Shown: piece after piece, positions 52,887 through 64,000 of the stretch
How the letters are laid out: each line of letters starts with the position of its first letter
Position numbering within the stretch: position 1 is the first letter of the stretch
Origin: Chrysomallon squamiferum
Lineage: Eukaryota; Animalia; Mollusca
Reading direction: 5' to 3'
Length of the DNA stretch: 64,000 nt
Assembly (NCBI GenBank): GCA_012295275.1
Contig: CM022679.1
Coordinates: 10,292,001-10,356,000 of the forward strand
The notes under the pieces: model-generated
What the model was told of the DNA's origin: nothing
What the model saw: only the letters and a program-made list of their open reading frames with translations
The model's database searches: none
Position numbers and translations under genes: made by a program

Positions 52887-55800
52887 TCTGAATCCTCCCC
52901 AATCATCGGCTCTGATGAAGTAATTACAGACCCAACACTGATAGATCTGTCCAAATCCAGATTGGAAAGCAAAGGAATTTGTCAATTTCTTCAGGCATCA
53001 GTGATCAGCAATGACCACAAATGGACAAACAATGTCCAGCGTGGAAGGACATAGATTTTTTTTACCAATCGAAAATAGAACTGGTGGCTTAGTGGTGAAT
53101 TGATCCCAAGCAACCTGTCCTGGTGGGTGTGAAGAAAGATGAGGTCCTCTGTTGTGTGTGTTGAGGACTTGCTGTGTAGCATGATGAATTATTATATTTT
53201 GGTTCTGAATGAATGAGTGAGTGAGTGAGTGAGTGAGTGTGTGAACAAATGAATAAATGAATGAAAGAATATTTCTTTACCAGATCCCAGTATAATTAAA
53301 TACCAATACCTGTTAGGTGTCAGACTTCTTATTATTAAAATATATTTTAAATATTTATTCATTCTGAATCTTGTAAGAGTGATGAGACTGTTTTTGAAGT
53401 GACTAAATGTTAGTAGTATGGGAAGGTATTGTTATTTTTTTTTTACAAATTTCTGTAACAAAATATTTAGAAACCATTTACCTAATTTAAAAAAGACCCT
53501 TTTTTTGAGTGTTTGAATACATTAATGTGCAGATCTATTAATATATCTGTTGGTGTCTGAGTATATATGTGTAATTATGCACGTGTGCATGCTGCTTTGT
53601 GCAACAGTCTATATGCTTATATGTGTTTTAATTTATTCTGATATGTATATCTACTGACATGCTTAACTTTGGAATTACACAAAGATGTTTGTCTAATTTA
53701 TAAATCTGCTGCTAATGATCCATAAAACCACTGTCTACAATAACATACACCTTTAAAAATCAAATTATCATTTATATTACCTCAGCATTTTTTTTTTAAA
53801 GCATAAAACAGGCAAAATAACTTTTAACATCTTTTGCTAACCCTAAAAAAAAAAAAATAATAATGTTCCTCTCATTTGTTTAGCATCACAGTACCAACAC
53901 TGTACAATGAATGCCTTCAAAAATGAGGAAAGAAAAAAAAAAAATCAATATGAATCAGGAGCAATTTCCATGATGGCCTGACGTGTCACCTTTAACATAA
54001 CAGGTGCTTAGTTTCTGCCAGTGCCCAGACTTGACCCCATTTAATTGTCTGCTCTTACTTACTGTATGGGCCTTTTCATTTTCACCGTAATTGGTCTGTT
54101 CAAGTAATTCCCAACATGGTGTTAGGCCAATTTCATTCCAGAAATGGAAGTGTTAATGAGTGTCTTTTTTTTTCTTTTTGCATTTTGATGGGTGGTGAAG
54201 TAGTAAATATTGATATATGCCAAAGAATTAGGAAAAAAAGATGAGAACTTGGAGATTGATCATTTTAATTAGCTGCACTGAAGTTTTGAAACATAGAATT
54301 GTAAATTAATAATTTAATCTGTGTATTATCAAAAAGGACCAATTATGGTGTTTAATATTTCTTAGAGATCTCATCCAAAGACATTATTAAATTTTGTAGA
54401 TCTTTTTCTTCAGTCTATAATCCAAATCCAGTCACACTGGTCATAGTTATTTGTTAAATGGTTGATTCTATTGGCTTCTGAATTGCATTTTACTCTATAA
54501 CATGGCTCTTCATTAAGAATAACTTTTGAAAATCAAATTTAATTACAATTTATATTTCTAAAATCATCAAAGTTCACCTTCAAAGCTTCTATCTAAAAAT
54601 AAATTTACAAAAAACATATGTTTAATACAACAAAATAACTCTAAAATTTATGATTTGGCTTCAGTAACTTTTTCATGTGAAATGATGAAATCATATTGCA
54701 TACTGACACTAGATCAAAGAATACACCTTTTGAGATGGTGACCATATGTGTTTGTAGCTACTGGGAGGCTGCAGTGAAAGAAGTCTCTAGGTGGTCTCAA
54801 TGGTAAGATGTTGATGCTGGCAAAGATGATATCTTGTTCTTGATGAGAACCTAACACAATGCAGTGTTTAGTCTGAGTTTTTTTTTTAGACTTTTGTAAA
54901 CTGTAAGGTTCTGGAAACACATGTATGCAATACATCAATATTATGGAAGTACAGAAAAAAATTTCATTTTAATTTCAAAATAATCTGAGTTCAATGGATA
55001 AATGATGATTCTAGACGCATAAATGCAGTAATTCTGAATAGATGGTCAATCAAAATGTATGACTGCAATGATTCCATATACATAGATTTTACCATACGAA
55101 ATTACATAGGTATTAAAACAGCATGAACACAGTTATTAACCTAACATTTAAGGCTTTGAAATAATACTAAAGTTTCAAAACAAAGTGAATGCAGTGTAAG
55201 ACATGCAATTCTTTAAAACTAAAAGGTTTTGAATTTTGAACAGATACAAAAGAATTTACAGTAATGTGAATGCAATGATTCAGTATTAAGATTCCTCAAA
55301 AAAACAAAAGATTTAAAATAGAATGAATCTGTAATGATAACATGACAGATGAAATTCATATCAAATCATGAACAACTGATGGTAACTGTTCTTGAACAGT
55401 AAAAATACAAGTTACAACATAACATGCCTGCAGTGATTCTGAATATTTGCAAAATTGAAAAAAAAAAAAAAAAAAATACAAATAAATAAATACAGAAAGA
55501 AAGATAATAAAAAAAAATAATCAGTTAAAATACTGAAGAATTAGTCATTCAGATTTAGAAATAAAACTGTGAATAGAACGGGAGATCATTTTCAAATTAA
55601 TGTGCAAGAAAACAATCAACTGAAATCTGATGCAGACAAAGCATCAAACACCCATTCAGGGTATTTCTAATAAATCATTTTGATAAATTTAAACATGGAC
55701 AAAAAAAATTAATAGCTTTCAGATGGGAAAACAAGAACCACAAAAATCATTTCTAACTACAGTCTTATCTATCGTGGCCAAAATCGAAGCCAAAAAAATT

Positions 55801-57340
55801 AACTGCTTTAAAAACTGAAATTCCTAAACATTTGCGAAACAGAAAAACGATACATCTTTCTCAAGCTTGGATAACACACACAGGAGAAAAAGCAAAGCTG
55901 AGGATCGAAGAAAGAACAATGTAGCAAAGAATTAATTCTAAGATTCTGGAATGTTCTTCCTGATGGTCAATGTTTTGACTGCTGTAAGCTGGAAAAGAAA
56001 GAAAGTCTGTGTATATGGCCAGCATTTCTCACAATAAATCTAACCATCTCGAAGAAAGATTATTTGCTCTACTTTTTTTTTTTTCTTCCCTTGTCCAGGG
56101 CAGGACATTAAATTCACAAATTAGCAGAGAAACCAATAATTCCATGATTTACCTTATTATTTGTATAACCAGGAGGTGATTGGAGAAATAATTTTCATTG
56201 CAAGAATGCTAGAAATATTATGCTTATTAGAAATGGTAGGTTTGCTAGATAAGTTGTTAAGTGAGGAAATGTATGAAAAAAAAAATGTTTATGGAGATAA
56301 TGTAGATTATGATAAATGGTTCTGTGATGTTTAATCAATAAATTTAAAAAAAGAAAACTGAAAATTGAAATTAGTCTAGCCATTGGTTTTTTTATTGTAA
56401 ATTGTATATAAGTAAGCATGTTAGAATATATCCAAAACACAAAACACACACACAAACACAAACACACACACACACACACAAACAGATGGTCCCTGCTCAC
56501 TTAGATACATACATATACATGTATGCACAGAGATCTACACATATACAAACATACATACACAACAACATACAAACACAAAAACAGACACACACACATTCAC
56601 ATACAATGATGAACATTCACGCATGGAAACACACTGGTTAGCTGTATTGCTTGCACAGATAAAAAAAACAACACTGAAAAAAAGTGAAATAAAAAAAAAG
56701 AAATGAGAAAAGAAAAAGGAAATGAAAGAAAGAAAAAAAAAAGAAGAAAAGCTAGGATCTGAAGACTCCAATTGAACAACCTGAAGCAAATAGGATTTAA
56801 TCAAATTGATTCATTCTGTTACTGCTCAAAGTGTAAAATTTCTGTTTGAGTCGATAGCTGGGAGGGTGATCAAATTGAATAAAAAGATACTCAGCAGTAT
56901 TTCTATGTTAAATACCATTATTACCCTATTTCTGTGCCATACACAATTATCATTATTGCCATTTTTTTTTTTTTTAACTAAAATTCTTACCACCCAGTTT
57001 GAAATCAGAACTATACAGTATAAACACACTTGTCATTTCACTATTCAAATATTAGTTTTAATTAGGGCTGGGGGTAGTGGTGGTGCTTTCTGTAAGCAAA
57101 CAAAAAGAAATCGATAAAAAGATCAAGAAGGTAAATACCAAGAGAGCCTAGTTTCTGAAAGATGACATAAACAAAGTGTTCTAAATCTACTGAACATATC
57201 ACTTGTATTCATTTTTTTTTTTAACTTGTTCACTACTGTAATGAGTGTTAGGGTACTGTGCCAAAAATCTGAACTGTTGCAGTAGAAAATGTGATTCAAG
57301 TATGCCACAAATTATTTTACAGATCACAGTATTGACACCA

Positions 57341-57940
57341 GTAAGTCAAGCTGTCACTGTGTGTGCATGGTAAGTCAAGGTGTCAAGGTGTCAAACTGTC
57401 ATGTGTAAAGTCAAACTGTCACTGTATGCATGGTAAGTCAAGCTGTCAATGGGTGTCACTGTATGTGCATGGTAAGTCAAGCTGTCACTGTGTCACTGTA
57501 TGTACATGGTAAGTCAAGCTGTCACTGTATGTGCATGGTAAGTCAAGCTGTCACTGTGTCACTGTATGTACATGGTAATTCAAGCTGTCACTGTATGTGC
57601 ATGATAAGTCAAGCTGTCACTGTATGAGCATGTTAAGTCAAGTTGTCACTGTATGTGCATGTTAAGTCAAGCTGTCACTGTATGTGCATGGTAAGTCAAG
57701 CTGTCACTGTATGTGCATGGTAAGTCAAGCTGTCACTGTATGTGCATGGTAAGTCAAGCTGTCACTGTATGTGCATGGTAAGTCAAGCTGTCACTGTATG
57801 TGCATGGTAAGTCAAGCTGTCACTGTATGTGCATGGTAAGTCAAGCTGTCACTGTATGTGCATGGTAAGTCAAGCTGTCACTGTATGTGCATGGTAAGTC
57901 AAGCTGTCACTGTATGTGCATGTTAAGTCAAGCTGTCACT
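57341..57940 (+). repeat. 29-bp minisatellite GTAAGTCAAGCTGTCACTGTATGTGCATG, ~19-20 units
   Basis: Exact 29-bp period (57691, 57720, 57749...); variant units with duplicated TGTCAC at the left end. Confidence 0.95.
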
Positions 57941-58033
57941 TATAATTACTGCTTGTGCATGTGTAAATAAATATATATATTTTTTGTCAATCATTGGAAA
58001 ACCTATTTGTTAAAGAATGAATATTAAAACATT

Positions 58034-58040
<7 letters not shown>

Positions 58041-58122
<82 letters not shown>
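58041..58122. repeat. (CT)n microsatellite, about 41 units
   Basis: Read directly. Confidence 0.95.
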
Positions 58123-58124
<2 letters not shown>

Positions 58125-59005
58125 ATTTGATAATATTATGACTATTGATCAGACCAAAAAAGAACACTACATTCATCTCACATAGGGATCTGAAGACCAT
58201 ATTAAAGATTCAAAGTGTAAAGAAACTGAAATTCATCAATAAACCATGATTTTTTTTTTTTTTAAAAGCAGGTTAGACAAGTTAATTAAAAAAATAATTT
58301 CAATCCCTCGAGCAAATTACTGACCATGTATCATGAAATTAACAGTTAACAGAAGAAAATATGCAGGAAAAAAAAAAAAGAAAGAAAAGAAAAAAAGGAA
58401 AAGGAAAGGAAGAACAGAAGAAAGAAAACAAAAGGAAAGAAAGAAAAGGAAAAGGAAAAAGTGAAAATAATGGTAAGAAGAAAGAAGAAACCCCCAAGAA
58501 GGAAATAAAATGAAAATGGAAAGCAAACAAAAGAAAGGAAAGAAAAATAAAACAAAGGAAAGATGCAAGAAAAATAAAGAAAAACAAAACAACAGAAAAC
58601 AAAAGAAAACAAAACAAAAAGCAATAAAAAGAAAAAAAACGAAGTAAACAAAGCAAAGTAAAGGAGGAGGAGGAAAAAAAAGGAGGAAATAAACAAGGGA
58701 AAGAAAGAGAGAATTGGGAAATAATATCTAATGAGAAAATGATCGTACAAGCAATCTATTGACACAGACATCAATATTTCTTCCTGTCTCAAATCTTGTG
58801 GGACTGAGAACTTCTTGCCTTATAGAATTAATCAGAGATTGGCACTGAAATTACATCATGATTATCACCAGTTGCTTTAGGGTCTCATTCTTCGATTACT
58901 TATGAGAATCAAAGCCACGTTTCCAATGAGCTGGCTCACATGACTATGACAACAGACAGGGAATTGGTGTGTTCAAAAACCCATTTTTCTCCCACTGGGC
59001 AACTG

Positions 59006-59043
<38 letters not shown>

Positions 59044-59394
59044 GGGAAAAACTAACATAAGCTGGTTTTTTCATTACTTTTTTTTTTTGTTAACATAAAG
59101 TCTGAATGCCAAATATGGGTAGTAAAATACTGTTTGTCTGCATAGAGAAGCATATGAAAATAGATAATAAGTTTGTTTTTTGATTGCCTTCTGGGTAAAG
59201 GGTAAAAGGGGGGAAAAAAAAATCTTTAATTTCAAAATTGCTCTGACAGGGAAGAAAAAGGACTCCTCAGTCTGATGAATTTTAATTAATAAACACTTTG
59301 TTAATATTTTAATTGAAATGAATGATTGAATGTTTGATGACATTAAATATTATTAATAATTAGTAGTTATCTATCTATTACAATATTTTTGCAT

Positions 59395-59612
59395 AGTGTT
59401 GAGAGCTGATGGGAAACCTACAATTACCATGGGATGTTCTTACTGATTAGCAGCAGCAAATATCTTATATATACCCTCCCATAGATGGGAAAGCTTTTGA
59501 TAAACCTGTCATGCAGATTGGTTGGAGTGGATCACCTTTTTCACTGAGAAGGACAGATCCTGTAATATTCCTTGTCTTATCCTAGTGATCTAACTAATGA
59601 GCTATATGTCCA
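59395..59612 (-). mobile_element. Decayed tRNA-derived SINE with recognisable Pol III A and B boxes
   Basis: Minus strand A-box TAGCTCATTAG (59604-59594) and B-box GGATCTGTCC (59560-59551), 33 nt apart, followed by the shared core (GATTAGCAGCAG...TCTTATATATACCCTCCCATAGA on +). Confidence 0.7.
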
Positions 59613-60519
59613 GTTCTTTTATATATTACTGTGATTAATAAAAGCCAGTATTTGCTGATGCATGATGTAGCACAGTGCTGACAAATTCTGAAGATTTTAA
59701 ACTGACAAGGGAATCAAAGATTTCAATTTGCAGAAAGAAGCATTTCTTGAGCTGGTGACGAAGTTACCACAGACTGTATCAGTATTCACCAGACGATAAT
59801 TCAGACACTAAATGGAAATGAAAGCAATAGTGAGAGTCAAGTCAGGGGAGACAATTTATGTCCTTGTCAATAATTATTAGACACCTTTTGTGAAGCTGTG
59901 AATAGTTCCATTATTAATTGTAAACACAGACAGTGAGATGATAAACAGAAGAAGGGAAGAACAAGATGGAAACTGTCAGGGGAAGATAATTAGGGTAATT
60001 CATCAATAATTGAGAGTGATCTTTTCTTGACCCAAAACAAATGGGAGAATGTTCATCTGTCAAGGGAGAACTGAAAGAAAGGAATTTGGAAATAAATTGA
60101 GCGAGTGCAAAATGAATGCACGAAGACAGACGCCCATGGAAATAATGGTGAATATATTCATAAGATATTTGAATTTAAATCGTCATCCACCTACACCTGA
60201 CTATTACCATCAACGTCCATATACATCATCTTCTCACAGAGCTATTTGTGTATTTACATCTATCTATCTACATTATCATACACACCCACATACCTCTGTC
60301 TAGCTCTGATGAATCTCTGTTAGCTGCATTCATTAACACTCACACATTATCACATGTATATTTAGGTACCGTTCCCTCTTATGTAAAAATAGTCGTTTGA
60401 TAACATATGCTACAATCTGGTTAGTTAAAAAGAAAAAGAAGAATAAAAAATGGAAATTATTTTTATTTTTGTGGCATAAAAATACTTTAACAAAAAACTA
60501 AATAATGTTTGGAATATAG

Positions 60520-61160
60520 TGCTGTGTTGGAACTGGAAATAACATAATAAATGCTCTGACACATTTGATTTTATAACTTAACTGAATCTGATTTTAGTAA
60601 TGTATGGAATATTAAGTACTGGAAGAATGAATAATGCAATAAATATTCATAAGATTCTTGAACATCTAAAACCAATAATCCATTAAACATATATATAATA
60701 ACTGAAAACCCATTTAATAACATATGAAAATGCAGTGTGTTATATCTGGAAATAAAACAATAAATCTTCGAGAATCATCTTTCCTCAGCAAACATAATAC
60801 TGTAACAAAACTGAAATCCCATTCTTATGTGAATTACCTTGACTGTGTTAGAATGGGAATTAATGTGGTAAATCTTCAAAAATCATCATCCTACAAATGG
60901 ACATAATATTACAACAGAACTATAATTGCATTCTATCATGACAGACAGTGACTTTGTTAGAACTGGAAAAAAAAAAAATGTAAAACATTTTTCAAGAATT
61001 TGTCATCCCTCAAGCAGATATAATATCATGATGGAGCTGAAATCCCTTTCTAACATGATAGGCAGTAACCTTGTTAGAACTGGAAGAAATGCAACGAGTC
61101 TTCGAGAATCGTCGCCCTTCAGGCACATGTAATGTTATAAAGGAGCTGAAATCCCATTCA
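60520..61160 (+). repeat. Degenerate ~105-120-bp tandem repeat, ~5-6 units
   Basis: Recurring GTTAGAACTGGAA, TCTTCGAGAATC.TC and (A/G)CTGAAATCCCATT blocks. Confidence 0.7.
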
Positions 61161-63104
61161 AGAAGAGCTGTGATGTTTTGTAACGCTGTGCAGCCTACTG
61201 TTAAATGGTTTATGTTTTTCTGCTGATATGTTAACCACCTGACCGTGAACCTCAGGAGATTGCTGTTACAGATATGACAGAATTATTAGCTCTAACATGT
61301 AGTTGGTGTTAAGGAATAAACCTCAGGGAAGGCAGGTTGTGTTCAGAGATCAATACAAAGGCATGAAATTATTGCACCAATGTCTTCACAAGCATGGAGG
61401 TATGGCAGAAAATGAAAAGAAAAAAAAAAAGAAAAAAAGAAAAAGGAAAATAAAAAGAACCTGACAACTTCAATTAGTGTTTAACAATGTAGCTGTCAAA
61501 AGTGATCACATGTTGCAATTAGTCAGAAATAATTGTAACTAGACTAATGGAATATATTAATGTCTCCGATTGTTATGTATATGTCTTGGCAGCGAGATGG
61601 GAGAAACAAAAAAAAAAAAAAAAAGGGAAAAAGAAAATGACATGGATATGTTCGAAAAGGCAAAGTGAAGATTACTATTAATGAGTAACTGGAAAAAACC
61701 CATTGTTTATTGTGTATAAGTTGAAAGGTGAGAAAGAATTTTTTTTTTTTTAAGGGGTGCGTGGAAATAACAGAAATTATTGTGGACATGTTTGAAAGAG
61801 GAAAAATAAAAGCGATTGTTAACTGGTGAATTAAAAAAAAGCTCATTAAAAGACCAGCTGTCTTGCTGTGATGGATTAGACAAATAATCAAAATATTAGT
61901 TTACTGCTTGATCGTTTCAGTGTAACAAAGGTACTTAATACACTCTGTCAAGAAAGAAACAACACTTTTCCTGTCATTACTGATAAACTGCAGAAATATT
62001 TGATGAAGAATGCAGTTAAAGAAAGAAATGGGATTTTTCTATATCGCTGCATAGAGAGAGAAAGAAAGAAACAAAAATACATACACACACACACACACTC
62101 ACAGACACACGCAAAAACACACACAAACATGTACACCTCAAAGAAACTGCACACACAAATTTTACAGGCAAACTTCCCTAGCTATTCCCTGTACATTTTT
62201 CATTTCCAGATAAATAGCCTGTTCATTCCAAATCCCCAGGAGACCTCGCAGATATCTACCACATGTACTAACCTGTGTATCTAACACCACACAACACCAG
62301 CCACAGAGCCAGTACCAGCATTTAGAACAAAGACTTTAAGTACCAAAGAGAAGTTTATATTAACAGATTCGTGTGTATTTACGATATTGCTGCTTTCTGG
62401 GTTTATAATGACAAAGCTTGTCACATGGTACTACCACACAGTAGTTTGCAAGGTTTATTGGTGTTAAAATAATGAAGTTTTCAGATTTTGTTCATCGGTA
62501 CACAGTTAGGATTTAGTGTATGTTGTATATTTGATTGTAAGAAAAAATAAATTATTTGAAAATTAATTTAAATATAATAATAAAATTTGTATTAATTATA
62601 AATTTTAATTCATTAATAATTAACTGTGGTATAAATACACTGATCTAGCCATATTCATATTTCTTAAGAATGTTTTTCTTCAAACTTTATTAACTGCATA
62701 CAGTATCAGAAAATAATATTTCAGAATCAGCCAGGCAGCTTTAGACAAAAGAAATGGGTCTAGCTGAGTAAATGATTTGCAGGATTAATTCCCTTAAGTG
62801 TAATTCCTGTTACAGCCACTGCTCTTTGACCAGAACCTCCAAGAGAAATTTTGCAAAGTTGGCACAAGTCCCCTTTGGAGCCCCAAGGCAGGCAAATTTT
62901 TTTCTCAAATTTGAGGATTTGATGTACAGTAAAATCTACATCTAAACTCTCATAAATGCTTTATATCCATTATCAGATATAACATAATGGAATAAAACAT
63001 ATTCAATTAATGCATGGTTGCTGTGGGTTCCTTCTTAGCTCTTGGGCCCTGGACATTGACTGGTGAAAAATTTCTAGCCATGCTTGAAATAGCCTAATGT
63101 GATT

Positions 63105-63260
63105 TCTCATCTTTGGGAAAGGTATATAACAGATATCTTTTTGCTAGTCAAAAAAAAAAAAAAGAAAGAATAGCCTATTGCATGGCAGAACTTTCTTTCT
63201 TTAGCTGTATTGTCCTTGACCATTTGTGTGATCCCATTTAACCATAGAATGAAATATGCC
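63105..63260 (+). mobile_element. Decayed SINE-like element fragment
   Basis: TTGGGAAAGGTATATAACAGATATCTTTTTGCTAG...GAATAGCC...GTCCTTGACCATTTGTGTGA. Confidence 0.6.
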
Positions 63261-64000
63261 TCTTTTTATTGTTATGGATGGTAAATATCTAAGAATCCAG
63301 ATTCTGTAATTTCATTATTCTCTTCTTATCCAAAAATTTACCTACTGAAATCAATACCAATAAGATTTCCTTTCACCTAACTTCAGTATCCATGCAACAA
63401 AAAAAAAAAAAAAAGGGCTTCCAGCTCATTGTTCCAGCTCTGTTGCCATGGTGATAATGACCTCTGAGACATTTTTTCTTCATTTGATGCTGTCTTATTG
63501 TTATTTGATATTTTATTCACTGTCATAAAAAGAAATGAATCTGTGTCTTCTTAAAAAAAAAAATTAAAAAGTATGAAAAAGGAAAATTTTGATTTCATTT
63601 TTTTTAAATGCTAATAGTTATTGATTCACTCATATACAGAAAATTTTAAAAGAATGCTGAAGTTTTTCAGTTACTGTTTGTAAATGTCAAACCAAATCTA
63701 AGTTAGGATGACAAAACCAGAATTTTTTTTTTTTTATTGTTAGGGACTTAAGCACCAAACAGAAACATGGATTCGAAGCCATACAGACACACACACACTG
63801 ACTGACTCACTTATAAATTCTAAATTTAGTTCAGTTCAGAACTTTGTCAACTGTAGTTATTAAAATAATAAAAATATCTAAGTAGAACAGAACCTACCAC
63901 TAATAATAACCTGAAAGGACTTTACCTACCGTAGATATTACTATAAATAATAACAAGAACTGATCTAGTACAGTTAATAAAATATAATAAAAACTACTAC

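Noticed and set aside
52428-53182. Overlapping 63-90-aa ORFs of normal-looking composition
   Set aside because: They largely overlap the ~146-bp tandem duplication; no domain recognised and no convincing splice sites.
57341-57940. 29-bp repeats as CRISPR or coding exons
   Set aside because: No spacers; period not divisible by 3; simple satellite.
59545-59612. tRNA gene
   Set aside because: Degenerate A/B boxes with no cloverleaf evident, fused to a dispersed repeat body; better explained as a SINE head.

Overview
AT-rich, microsatellite-dense eukaryotic (animal) genomic DNA, most likely a mollusc/gastropod (inference from the protein and repeat content, not verified). The only supportable coding sequence is one 246-nt minus-strand exon (6185->5940) of a T-type voltage-gated calcium channel alpha-1 subunit (Cav3; CACNA1G/H/I family), encoding domain I S1-S3. 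The exon is preceded by a minor-spliceosome (U12, AT-AC type) acceptor (TTCCTTAAC branch site, then AC) and followed by a major GT donor. I found no neighbouring Cav3 exon, so the rest of the window appears to be intron: >5.9 kb downstream and possibly >57.8 kb of U12 intron upstream. It is filled with about 11 decayed copies of a tRNA-headed SINE-like family, several minisatellite arrays (36, 29, 49/27, ~30, ~45 bp), local duplications, microsatellites and short higher-complexity islands that could be enhancers. All other ORFs in the track are low-complexity or chance ORFs. I found no CRISPR, RNA gene or prokaryotic system. The most interesting leads are the very long AT-AC intron, decoy U12 signals inside it (partly supplied by the SINE), and the antisense orientation of splice-site and poly(A)-signal-bearing repeats.
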